Source of the DNA: Myxococcota bacterium
Lineage (GTDB): Bacteria; Myxococcota_A; UBA796; CAJQPC01
Length of the DNA stretch: 64,000 bases
Assembly: GCA_036229005.1 (NCBI GenBank)
Contig: JAZAMN010000021.1
Coordinates: forward strand, 1-64,000
Direction of reading: 5' to 3'
Shown here: one piece after another, positions 19,780 through 28,040 of the stretch
How positions within the stretch are numbered: the first letter of the stretch is position 1
How the letters are laid out: each line of letters begins with the position of its first letter
Notes under the pieces: model-generated
The model's input: the letters and a program-made list of their open reading frames with translations, nothing else
Database searches by the model: none
What the model was told of the DNA's origin: nothing
Program-made: the position numbers and the translations under genes

Positions 19780-20583
19780 TCAGCCGCCGTGTCGCCGGCG
19801 CCAACGCACGCTTCGGCTCCAGTGACCGGGGCCCGAAGGGATGCCGGGGAAGCGCGGGTCCCCAGCGAGGCGCTCGACCAGCGCGACGGCGGGGGACTCG
19901 CCTCTGGGGCAGCGCTGGACCGTCCAGCGGCTGACCTGCACGAAGTCGGCGATCTCCACCGGGCTGGCCGCAGTCAGTGCCAGGGCGCTGCGGATCCAGA
20001 GCTGGCGTGCGGGGCCGCGCGTCCGCAGGTCTACGAGCGGGACGCGCGTCGCGGCGGAGACCGCGGCCTGGAGATCCAGGAGGCTCGGGGTCGCCTGGGC
20101 GATGGGGAGCAGGGTGCCGTCGACCTGAACGCTGGGGTCCGCGCTGGTGTAGCGGTGGAGAGCGTGGGGGTCGGAGGCCCGGCGGCGCGCTGGAGAGAGG
20201 GTCAGCCCGACGGCGTCCCGGTACGTCGACCAGGGCCACTCCAGCGGGTCGGACACCATCCCCGCTCGGCAGGGGTTGAGGTGGATGTAGCGGGTGTCGC
20301 GCCGGCGCTTCTGGGCGTCGGAGGCGACGGTGGGGGTGGGGAGCGGCTCCAGCAGGCGCCCGCGCAGCCCCGACTCCCAATGCAGAGCGCGGCTGTGCCC
20401 GCCCAACACCCTGCCCAGGAGCAGGCGTACATCCCGCTCGTGCTGCAGGTGCACGTGGTTGGGCATCAGGCAGAGCGCCTCCATTCCGGGGATGGCGCGG
20501 GTGATGCGGGTCCAGAGGGCGGCGGCCTGCTCCCAGCTCTCAAAGAGCAGGCCGTGGCGGGTTCTCGCGACGTGGTGGTACAT
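19780..20583 (-). CDS. REP-associated tyrosine (Y1 HUH) transposase-like protein with a C-terminal HTH
   Basis: YHHVAR, CLMPNHVHL (HUH), RYIHLNPCRAGMV..PLEWPWSTY (catalytic Tyr); C-terminal ARQL...SPVEIADFVQVSRWTVQR HTH. ATG 20583 preferred over TTG 20595. Confidence 0.9.
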   Translation of the reverse strand: MYHHVARTRHGLLFESWEQAAALWTRITRAIPGMEALCLMPNHVHLQHERDVRLLLGRVLGGHSRALHWESGLRGRLLEPLPTPTVASDAQKRRRDTRYIHLNPCRAGMVSDPLEWPWSTYRDAVGLTLSPARRRASDPHALHRYTSADPSVQVDGTLLPIAQATPSLLDLQAAVSAATRVPLVDLRTRGPARQLWIRSALALTAASPVEIADFVQVSRWTVQRCPRGESPAVALVERLAGDPRFPGIPSGPGHWSRSVRWRRRHGG

Positions 20584-20594
20584 GGCCGTCGCCA

Positions 20595-20611
20595 ATGCAC
20601 CCGCCGTGCCA
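20595..20611 (-). promoter_or_regulatory. Sigma-54-like -24/-12 element upstream of the HUH transposase
   Basis: Minus strand TGGCACGGCGGGTGCAT: TGGCACG with exact GG-N10-GC spacing, ending 11 nt before ATG 20583. Confidence 0.6.
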
Positions 20612-20624
20612 GCGCGCAGAGCCC

Positions 20625-20682
20625 GACGCCCAGGGGATCTGGGGTGTCAGGGGTGTCAGCCCTTCGACACCCCGGGTGTCAG
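20625..20682. repeat. Cluster of GGGTGTCAG short repeats with inverted partners (REP-like) upstream of the HUH transposase
   Basis: GGGTGTCAG occurs three times (20642, 20651, 20674); complementary GACGCCC at 20625 and GACACCC at 20666 allow hairpins. Confidence 0.7.
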
Positions 20683-23114
20683 ATGCAGGTGCCGCTGGCG
20701 CAAGTGAAGGTCTCGCCGTCCTCGTAGTTGCCCGTGATCGTGGCCCCGCCGGTGTAGATCTGAAAGTCCACGGGGCTGTTGTCGTCGCCGCTGCCGGAGA
20801 CCCCAAAGTCGCAGGAGGTGGCGGTGAACTGGCCCTGGTAGATGGTCAGTGCCCCCGTGGCGGTGAAGACCGTGCTGATGTTGCGGTGGAAGCCGGCGGC
20901 GTTGCTGCTCCCATCGCAGACCAGACTCCCCGCGTTGAAGTACCCGGCGCCGTACTGACTGGCGGTGTTGTCGTCCACGTGGGTTCCGTCCAGCTCCACG
21001 GTGCTGGAGGCGCCGTAGATGCCGCCAGCGAGCGAGCCTCCATCGTTGCCGCTGAGCTCCGAGTCCGTGAGGGTCAGGGTCCCGGAGTAGACGTAGATGC
21101 CTCCCCCGCGAGAGCCGCTGGTGTTGCTGGACAAGCTGCTGTCGCTGATCTCCAGGGTGCCCCAGCCCTGGTCGATTGCGCCGCCATAGGTGCTGGCGCT
21201 CGCTCCGCTGACGTCGGCGTCTTCGATCGTGAGGGTGGAGGACCAGGCGTAGAGCCACCCGCCACGCCCGGAGCTCCCGCCGCTGGAGCTCACGTCGCTG
21301 AGGCTCCCGGTGGCCCCGTCGGCGTAGATCGCCCCGCCGTAGTTGCGGCCATAGGCACCGCTCTGCTCGAGCCCGTCCACCGAGAAGCTGCTGTTGTAGA
21401 AGAAGAGATCCCCGCCGCGGTTGCTGGAGTTGCTGTCCATCGAGAGGTCGGTGGCGTCGAGCTCGCAGCCGTTGAAGGCCAGCGCGCCGCCAAAGTTCCC
21501 GGTGTTGCTGTTGAACGCCATCGCGTCCAGCTCGACGGTGGCGGCGACGTCACAGACCAGGCCGCCGGCTGCGTCCTGTCCGAACAGGAGCGTGTCGGTG
21601 CTGCCGTTCTCGATGCTCAGGTTGCTCAGGCTCACGGTGGTGGAGGCGGTGTCGACCTCGACGACCGTGTTCAGGCCGGCGCCGTCCAGCACGACATCGC
21701 TGGGGGTGTCGCCGTAGCCGACCACGTCGATGTCCGCGGAGAGCGTCAGGTCCACATACCAGGTGCCCTCGCACACCGAGAGGGTGCCCGCGCTGCTGTA
21801 GGCCAGGGCGGCCGGCGCGCTGCTGCTGCCGCTCCAGTCCGCCGTCACGTCGCTGCTCCCGCTGCTGTCGGTCCAGGTGACCATCCCCACCTCGGAGGTG
21901 CTGCTGTCGCAGTCGGTGTCGGCGCCGTCGCAGATCTCCGTCGCGCCGGGGTTCACCTGTGCGTCGCTGTCGTCGCAGTCGGTGTCGTCGCTGACGCTGC
22001 CGCTGGGCTGGGTGCAGGCGGTGGTGGTGGTGCTGGCGTCGCCGTAGCCGTCCCCGTCGCTGTCCTGGTACCAGGTGGCGGCGTCCGCGCTGGTGGCCGG
22101 GTCCACGCTGCCGTCGCAGTCGTTGTCGACGCTGTCACACACCTCTGTCGCATCTGGATTCACGCTGCCGTCCGCGTCGTCGCAGTCGCTGGCGTCGCTC
22201 ACGGCGCCCGAGGGCTGCGTGCAGGCCTGCTGGGGGGCGCTCGGGTCTCCAAAGCCGTCTTCATCGCTGTCGCTGTACCAGGTCAGGGCGTCCGCGCTGG
22301 TGCCCGGGTCCACGCTGCCGTCGCAGTCGTTGTCGACGCTGTCGCAGACCTCGGTGGCCGCTGGGTTCACGGCGGCGGCCAGGTCGTCGCAGTCGCTGCT
22401 GTCGCTCACGTAGATCTCAGGCTGCTCGCAGGCCGACACGCTGGCGTCGGGGTCCCCGTAGCCGTCGTCGTCCCGGTCCCGGTACCAGGTGCTCGCGTCG
22501 GCGGCAGTAGACGGGTCGGTCTGGCCGTCGCAGTCGTTGTCCTGGCCGTCGCAGACCTCGGTCGCGTCGGGGTTCACCGCGGCGTCCTCGTCGTCGCAGT
22601 CTGTCGCATCTTCCCCGTAGGAGGGGGGCGCACTGCACGCCGTGACGCTCAGGTCCGCGCGGCCGAAGCCGTCGCCGTCCAGGTCGGCGTACCAGGTGCC
22701 TGCATCCAGCGCGTCCACCGGGTCCACGCTGCCGTCGCAGTCGTTGTCCAGTCCGTCGCAGATCTCAACGCCAATGGGGCTGGCCGCGGTGTGGGCGTCG
22801 TCGCAGTCCATGTCGTTGTCGGCGCTGTCCGCAGGTTGGCTGCAGGCCTCGAGGGGCACCCCGGGATCCCCGAAGCCGTCGCCGTCGATGTCCGCGAACC
22901 ACAGGCCGCCGGTGCTGCTGTCCCAGTCCGCGTCGGCTTCGTCCAGGTCTCCGTCGCAGTCGTTGTCCAGGCCATCACAGACCTCGGAGTTGCCGGGGAA
23001 GCGCGCCGGGTCCTGGTCGTCGCAGTCCTCGCTGGCGACCACCCCGTCGCCGTCCTGGTCGACGGGCTCGGGCGGGTTGCGGGTGCAGGCGAGGGTCAGG
23101 AGCAAGGCGAACAT
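20679..23114 (-). CDS. Lipoprotein with 6 MopE-like repeats and a C-terminal right-handed beta-helix (GGA[IL] repeats)
   Basis: MFALLLTLAC lipobox; six Cys/Asp repeats of about 60 aa; GGAL/GGAIY/GGGIY repeats in a Ser-rich C-terminal half. Confidence 0.85.
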   Translation of the reverse strand: MFALLLTLACTRNPPEPVDQDGDGVVASEDCDDQDPARFPGNSEVCDGLDNDCDGDLDEADADWDSSTGGLWFADIDGDGFGDPGVPLEACSQPADSADNDMDCDDAHTAASPIGVEICDGLDNDCDGSVDPVDALDAGTWYADLDGDGFGRADLSVTACSAPPSYGEDATDCDDEDAAVNPDATEVCDGQDNDCDGQTDPSTAADASTWYRDRDDDGYGDPDASVSACEQPEIYVSDSSDCDDLAAAVNPAATEVCDSVDNDCDGSVDPGTSADALTWYSDSDEDGFGDPSAPQQACTQPSGAVSDASDCDDADGSVNPDATEVCDSVDNDCDGSVDPATSADAATWYQDSDGDGYGDASTTTTACTQPSGSVSDDTDCDDSDAQVNPGATEICDGADTDCDSSTSEVGMVTWTDSSGSSDVTADWSGSSSAPAALAYSSAGTLSVCEGTWYVDLTLSADIDVVGYGDTPSDVVLDGAGLNTVVEVDTASTTVSLSNLSIENGSTDTLLFGQDAAGGLVCDVAATVELDAMAFNSNTGNFGGALAFNGCELDATDLSMDSNSSNRGGDLFFYNSSFSVDGLEQSGAYGRNYGGAIYADGATGSLSDVSSSGGSSGRGGWLYAWSSTLTIEDADVSGASASTYGGAIDQGWGTLEISDSSLSSNTSGSRGGGIYVYSGTLTLTDSELSGNDGGSLAGGIYGASSTVELDGTHVDDNTASQYGAGYFNAGSLVCDGSSNAAGFHRNISTVFTATGALTIYQGQFTATSCDFGVSGSGDDNSPVDFQIYTGGATITGNYEDGETFTCASGTCI

Positions 23115-23295
23115 GGGGTCTCCGGGGTTCCTCTCCAAGCTACGGCGCGCACCTGCTCGCGTCTGTTTCTCTTGATTTCAGGCCCGCGCTCTCTGTCTGG
23201 AGGAGGAGGGGAGCGAGGGGCGCTCGGGGCTCCAGGGTTCACCGCGACACACCCCGCTAAGGCTCGATTAGACTGGGCTCGGCAGGGCTTGCGAG

Positions 23296-23685
23296 GTGCG
23301 TGTGAGGTGGCTTTCGCGGTGGGTGTCGGCGCCCGTGGCGGCGGTGGGGCTGCTGCCCCTGTTGACCGGCTGTGGGCTGTTGTTCGGCGAGTGCATCGTG
23401 GCGTCGGCGGAGGGCGTTGTGGAGAGCGATCAGGACGAGCCGCTGGCCGGCGCGCTCCTGTATCAGTGCAGCGTGGCGGACCCGGACGACTGCAGCGAGC
23501 CCACGCCGCTGGGGACGACGGAGGAGGACGGCAGCTTCGAGGTCGAGCTCGAGATGTCCAAGCAGGGCTTTGGCTGTCAGGCCGCGAGCCTGCTGATCGA
23601 GGCGGAGGGCTGCACGCCGCGGCTGGTCCATGTGCCGCTTGCGTTCCCCGACGAGCCCATCCAGCTCGACTGCCCCGGAGCCTGA
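23296..23685 (+). CDS. Hypothetical lipoprotein with a carboxypeptidase-regulatory-like beta sandwich
   Basis: LLTGC lipobox; GVVES...EPLAGA...TTEEDGSFEV pattern. Confidence 0.6.
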   Translation: MRVRWLSRWVSAPVAAVGLLPLLTGCGLLFGECIVASAEGVVESDQDEPLAGALLYQCSVADPDDCSEPTPLGTTEEDGSFEVELEMSKQGFGCQAASLLIEAEGCTPRLVHVPLAFPDEPIQLDCPGA

Positions 23686-23710
23686 TTCCACGCCCGCCGA
23701 ACGATCGTGC

Positions 23711-23741
23711 TTGACAGCCTGGCGGGTGCCGGGGCTAAACT
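23711..23741 (+). promoter_or_regulatory. Sigma-70-type promoter of the his operon
   Basis: TTGACA (23711-23716) and TAAACT (23736-23741), with a slightly long 19-bp spacer; predicted +1 falls at about the leader ATG. Confidence 0.65.
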
Positions 23742-23747
23742 GGTTCC

Positions 23748-23816
23748 ATGATCCTCCTGCCGCTCCACCACCACCGCCATTGGCACCACCCCCAGGGTGG
23801 GTCGGTCGCGGTGTAG
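23748..23816 (+). CDS. hisL: His operon leader peptide MILLPLHHHRHWHHPQGGSVAV
   Basis: 22-codon ORF with 6 His codons within 8 positions, directly upstream of a terminator and hisG. Confidence 0.9.
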   Translation: MILLPLHHHRHWHHPQGGSVAV

Positions 23817-23847
23817 CAGGAGCCCAAGAGCCCTCATCCACCAGAAG

Positions 23848-23875
23848 CGCCGACCCCACCCGGGTCGGCGTTTTT
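23848..23875 (+). terminator. Attenuator terminator of the his operon
   Basis: Stem CGCCGACCC / GGGTCGGCG with a 5-nt loop, then TTTTT. The competing antiterminator strand GGGTGGGTCGG (23795-23805) can pair with CCGACCCCACCC. Confidence 0.9.
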
Positions 23876-23924
23876 GTGTCCCACACAGGCGTCACCCCGG
23901 GCCCAGGCGAAGCGGAGTCCCGAA

Positions 23925-24791
23925 ATGACCCAAGCTGTGACCCTCCACCTGGCCCTCCCCAAGGGCCGCATGCGCGAAGGCGTGTTCTCCCTGCTGGAGT
24001 CCGCCGGCGTGCGCGTCCGCATCGGCGCGCGCGGCTACCGCCCCACCGTGGGGCTGGAGGCCTGCGAGGCCAAGCTGCTCAAGCCCCACAACATCGTGGA
24101 GATGCTGGATCTGGGCACCCGCGACCTGGGCTTCGCCGGCGCGGACTGGGTGCGCGAGAAGCAGGCCGACCTGGTCGAGGTCCTGGACCTGGAGCTGGAC
24201 CCCGTGCGCGTGGTCGCCGCGGCGCCCACCGAGCTCTTGGTGAACGGCGCGCTGCCCAAGCGGCCCCTGCGCATCGCCAGCGAGTACGCCCGCCTGACCG
24301 CCGACTGGGTGGAGCAGCAGGGCCTGGACGCCACCTTCGTGCGCTCCTACGGCGCCACCGAGGTCTTCCCCCCCGAGGACGCCGACCTGATCGTGGACAA
24401 CACCGCGACCGGCGCCACCCTGGCCGCCAACGGGCTGGTGATCGTGGGCGAGGTGATGCGCTCCAGCACGCGCCTGTACGCCTCCCAGGCCGCCTGGGCC
24501 GACCCCGCGCGCCGCGCCCGCATCGAGGACCTGCGCTTGGTGCTGGACTCGGTGCTCCAGGCCCGCAAGCGCGTGATGGTCGAGGTGAACGTCAGCGCCG
24601 CGGACCTGCCCGGTCTGGTCGAGCTGCTGCCCTGCATGCGCGAGCCCACCGTCTCCGCCCTGCACGGCGGCAGCGGCTTCGCGGTCAAGGCGGCGGTGCC
24701 CCGGCGCGCCCTGCCCACCCTCATTCCCGCGGTGCGCTCCGCGGGGGGCAGCGACATCGTGGTGTCCTCGCTCTCGCAGATCGTGCCCTGA
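23925..24791 (+). CDS. hisG: ATP phosphoribosyltransferase, long form
   Basis: LALPKGR, DLGFAG.DW, YGATE..PP..ADLIVD...TG.TL.ANGL; C-terminal regulatory domain (PTVS.L). Confidence 0.95.
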   Translation: MTQAVTLHLALPKGRMREGVFSLLESAGVRVRIGARGYRPTVGLEACEAKLLKPHNIVEMLDLGTRDLGFAGADWVREKQADLVEVLDLELDPVRVVAAAPTELLVNGALPKRPLRIASEYARLTADWVEQQGLDATFVRSYGATEVFPPEDADLIVDNTATGATLAANGLVIVGEVMRSSTRLYASQAAWADPARRARIEDLRLVLDSVLQARKRVMVEVNVSAADLPGLVELLPCMREPTVSALHGGSGFAVKAAVPRRALPTLIPAVRSAGGSDIVVSSLSQIVP

Positions 24792-26092
24792 TGCCCGAGC
24801 TCATCTGCGCAGCGCGCGTGCGCGGGGGGAGCGCCTACCAGGTTCCTGCCCACCCCGCACCTCTGGACCTGGACCTGCGCGGGAACGAGGGCGCGCTGCC
24901 CGATCCGGGGCTCTTCGCTCACCTGAAGTCCGTGGACCTGCTGCGGCGCTACCCGGACACGCGCCCTCTGCGGGAGGTGTGCGCGGCGCACTTTGGCGTG
25001 GCGCCGGAGCGGGTGCTGATCACGGCGGGGGGCGATGACGGCCTGGACCGCCTGTGCAGAGCCACCCTGGAGCCGGGGCGGGACCTGCTGATGCCGACGC
25101 CGGGCTTCGAGATGACGCGGCGCTACGCGGCGCTGGCGGGGGCGCAGGTGCGGGCGCCGGAGTGGCCGGGGGCGCGCTTCCCGGTGGAGGCCTGCCTGGA
25201 GGCCCTGGACGAGGGCGTGGGCCTGACCGCGCTGACCACCCCGAACAACCCCACGGGCGCGGTGATTGGGAAGGAGAATCTTGAAGCGCTGATCACCCGG
25301 GCCCAACAGCTCGGCTCGGTGGTGCTCGTGGACCTGGCCTACGTCGAGTTCGCCGACGAGGACCCCACGGCGTGGGCCCTGGAGTACGAGAACGTGGTGG
25401 TGCTGCGCACGCTGTCCAAGGCGTGGGGGCTGGCCGGGCTGCGGGTGGGCGTGATGCTGGGTCACCCCAAGGTGCTGGGCTGGATGGCCGCCGCGGGGGC
25501 CCCCTACGCGGTCGCGGCGCCGAGCCTGGCCCTGGCGCAGGCGGCCGTGGAGCAGATGGCCACCCTCAAGGAGGGCTTCGTGGCGCAGGTGCGCTCGGAG
25601 CGGCTGCAGGTGGCCGCGGCGCTGGAGGCCGCGGGGTGCGCGGTGGTGCCCTCGCAGGCCAACTTCGTGTTCGCGCGCAGCCCGCGGGCGGCTTGGCTGG
25701 CGGACGGGCTGGCCGGCCTGGGCATCGGGGTGCGCAGCTTCCCCGGACAGGCCGGGCTGGAGGACGCGCTGCGGGTGGCGCTGCCGCCGACGGAGGCGGA
25801 CGGGGCGCGCCTGCGGGCGGCGCTGCGGACCTGGGCGCAGCCGAGCGCGCTGCTGGTGGACGACGGGGTGTCTCTGGAGGCGCCGCTGCCCGTGCGCTTT
25901 GGGGTGCCTGCGGGTGACCTCGCTGGCGGGTGGGTGCTGTCTGCGGACCCGGCGCGCATCGCAGAGGCCAGGCGGTGTGCCCTGCTGCCGGTGGGGCTGC
26001 GCAGCCCCTCGGTCCCCCAAGAAACGCTCTTTGCAGCCGGGGCGGCCCGGGTGCTCGAGCGGCCTGAACAGATCCTGGAGCTACTGCCATGA
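24791..26092 (+). CDS. hisC: Histidinol-phosphate aminotransferase with a degenerate HAD-like C-terminal extension
   Basis: RRYP, PNNPTG, VDLAYVEF, RTLSKAWGLAGLRVG, PSQANF; TGATG coupling to hisG. Confidence 0.92.
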   Translation: MPELICAARVRGGSAYQVPAHPAPLDLDLRGNEGALPDPGLFAHLKSVDLLRRYPDTRPLREVCAAHFGVAPERVLITAGGDDGLDRLCRATLEPGRDLLMPTPGFEMTRRYAALAGAQVRAPEWPGARFPVEACLEALDEGVGLTALTTPNNPTGAVIGKENLEALITRAQQLGSVVLVDLAYVEFADEDPTAWALEYENVVVLRTLSKAWGLAGLRVGVMLGHPKVLGWMAAAGAPYAVAAPSLALAQAAVEQMATLKEGFVAQVRSERLQVAAALEAAGCAVVPSQANFVFARSPRAAWLADGLAGLGIGVRSFPGQAGLEDALRVALPPTEADGARLRAALRTWAQPSALLVDDGVSLEAPLPVRFGVPAGDLAGGWVLSADPARIAEARRCALLPVGLRSPSVPQETLFAAGAARVLERPEQILELLP

Positions 26093-26673
26093 GCCAGCGG
26101 ACGGCGCGCCTGGAGCGCGAGACCAAGGAGACGCGGATTGTGTGCGCCCTGAGCCTGGACGGGCAGGGGCGGGCGCAGGTGGACACGGGACTGGGCTTCT
26201 TGGACCACATGCTGGGGACCCTGGCGCGGCACAGCGGGATGGACCTGGAGCTGCGCTGCGCGGGCGACCTGCCCGTGGATGACCACCACAGCGTCGAGGA
26301 CTGCGCACTGGCCCTGGGGAGCTGCCTGGAGCAGGCGCTGGGGGACAAGGCCGGGATCGTGCGCTTCGGCCACGCCTACGTGCCCCTGGATGAGGCGCTG
26401 GCGCGGGCGGTGGTGGACCTGAGCGGGCGCCCCTGGCCGGCGGTGGACCTGGGCCTGCGGCGGGAGATGTTGGGGCAGGTGGCCTGCGAGAACCTCACGC
26501 ACTTCTTCAACTCCCTGGCGATGGCGGCGCGGATCAGCCTGCACGTCGACGTGCTCAAGGGGGAGAACGACCACCACCGGGCGGAGGCGGCCTTCAAGGC
26601 GCTGGCCGTGGCGCTGCGCTCCGCGGTGGCCGTGCGCGGGGGTGGGGTGCCCAGCGAAAAGGGGGTCCTGTGA
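26089..26673 (+). CDS. hisB: Imidazoleglycerol-phosphate dehydratase (monofunctional)
   Basis: RETKET, FLDHML, DDHHSVED, NDHHRAEA.FKA, PSEKGVL. Confidence 0.96.
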   Translation: MSQRTARLERETKETRIVCALSLDGQGRAQVDTGLGFLDHMLGTLARHSGMDLELRCAGDLPVDDHHSVEDCALALGSCLEQALGDKAGIVRFGHAYVPLDEALARAVVDLSGRPWPAVDLGLRREMLGQVACENLTHFFNSLAMAARISLHVDVLKGENDHHRAEAAFKALAVALRSAVAVRGGGVPSEKGVL

Positions 26674-28040
26674 AGGTCCTGATGATCGAGACCGGGCTGG
26701 CGAACACCGCCAGCGTCGCCGCTGCCTTCGACCGCCTGGGGGTGCAGGTGGACCGCAGCCAGGACCCGGCCAAGGTGGCCCAGGCGCCCTTTGTGGTGCT
26801 GCCGGGGGTGGGGCACTTCGAGGCGGGGATGCAGGCGCTGCGGGCGTCCAAGCTGGTGGCGCCCCTGCGGGATCGGCTGCTGCGCGGGCTCCCCACCCTG
26901 GGGATCTGCCTGGGGATGCAGCTCCTCTGCGAGGGCAGCGATGAGGCCCCGGGGGTCGAGGGTCTGGGCGTGATCCCCGCCCGGGTACACCGCCTGGAGT
27001 CCTGGAACCTCCCGCACCTGGGTTGGGCCAGCGTCCAAAGCGAGGAAGGGGTGGTGCTGCAGGGCGGCGCGGCCTACTTCGCGCACTCCTTCGGGCTGCG
27101 GGAGCGCCCCGAGGGCTGGCGGGCGGCCTGGGCGCGGCACCACCAGCCCTTCGTGGCCGCGGTCGAGCGGGGCCGGGTGCTGGGCTGTCAGCTCCACCCC
27201 GAGCTCTCCGGGGCCTGGGGGCTGGAGCTGCTGCGGCGCTGGCTGGAGGCGCGCCCGGCGGTGGCGACGCCCCCCACGCCCGTGGGCCCGCGCATCATCC
27301 CCTGCCTGGACGTGCGCGATGGCCGGGTGGTCAAGGGCGTGCGCTTCCAGGGGCTGCGGGACGCCGGGGACCCGGTGGAGCAGGCGCAGCGCTACGCGGA
27401 TCAGGGCGCTGACGAGCTGGTGATCCTGGACGTGTCGGCCACGGACGAGGGTCGGGAGACCGCCGCCCAGACGGTGGCTGCCGTGCGCCAGGTGCTGCCC
27501 CTCCCGCTGACGGTGGGCGGCGGCGTGCGCCGGGTGGAGGACGCGGCGCGGCTGCTGGCGGCGGGCGCGGACAAGGTGGCCTGCAACACCGCGGCCGTGC
27601 GGGATCCCGAGCTGCTCACCCGCCTGGCGCGCCAGTTCGGCGAGCAGTGCGTGGTGCTGGCGCTGGACGCCGCCCGCCGCCTGGACGGGCCGGGCTGGGA
27701 GGTGGTCGTGCGCGCCGGCAAGGACCGCACCGGGCAGGACGCCGTGGCCTGGGCCAAGGAGGCCGCGCGGCGGGGAGCGGGGGAGATCCTGCTGACCTCC
27801 TGGGACCGGGACGGCACGGGCAGCGGCTACGACACGGCGCTGCTGGAGGCCACGCGGCAGGCCGTCGCGGTGCCGATCATCGCCAGCGGGGGCGCCCGGA
27901 CGCCCGCGCACCTGGCCGCCGCCTTGAGGGCCGGGGCCGACGCGGTGCTGGCCGCGTCCATCTTCCACGACGGCGTCACCAGCGTGGACGCCGTCAAGCG
28001 GGCCCTGCGGGACGAGCAGGGCGTGGAGGTGCGGCTGTGA
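26670..28040 (+). CDS. hisHF: Fused imidazole glycerol phosphate synthase HisH-HisF
   Basis: N-terminal LPGVG, GICLGMQ, HPE glutaminase; continuous ORF into RIIPCLDV, GADELVILD, VGGGV, GAGEILLTS.DRDG, IIASGG cyclase. Confidence 0.93.
   Translation: MKVLMIETGLANTASVAAAFDRLGVQVDRSQDPAKVAQAPFVVLPGVGHFEAGMQALRASKLVAPLRDRLLRGLPTLGICLGMQLLCEGSDEAPGVEGLGVIPARVHRLESWNLPHLGWASVQSEEGVVLQGGAAYFAHSFGLRERPEGWRAAWARHHQPFVAAVERGRVLGCQLHPELSGAWGLELLRRWLEARPAVATPPTPVGPRIIPCLDVRDGRVVKGVRFQGLRDAGDPVEQAQRYADQGADELVILDVSATDEGRETAAQTVAAVRQVLPLPLTVGGGVRRVEDAARLLAAGADKVACNTAAVRDPELLTRLARQFGEQCVVLALDAARRLDGPGWEVVVRAGKDRTGQDAVAWAKEAARRGAGEILLTSWDRDGTGSGYDTALLEATRQAVAVPIIASGGARTPAHLAAALRAGADAVLAASIFHDGVTSVDAVKRALRDEQGVEVRL

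Noticed and set aside
20594..20604. AATGCACCCGC shared between the transposase upstream region and array unit 3 (19615-19625), as a target-site duplication or terminal repeat
   Set aside because: It is only 11 bp, GC-rich and internal to the array, and HUH enzymes do not make target duplications; it may be chance.
23630..24790. 820-aa ORF suggesting a long N-terminal extension on HisC
   Set aside because: The extension overlaps the attenuator and hisG in another frame; the true start is the TGATG-coupled ATG at 24791.
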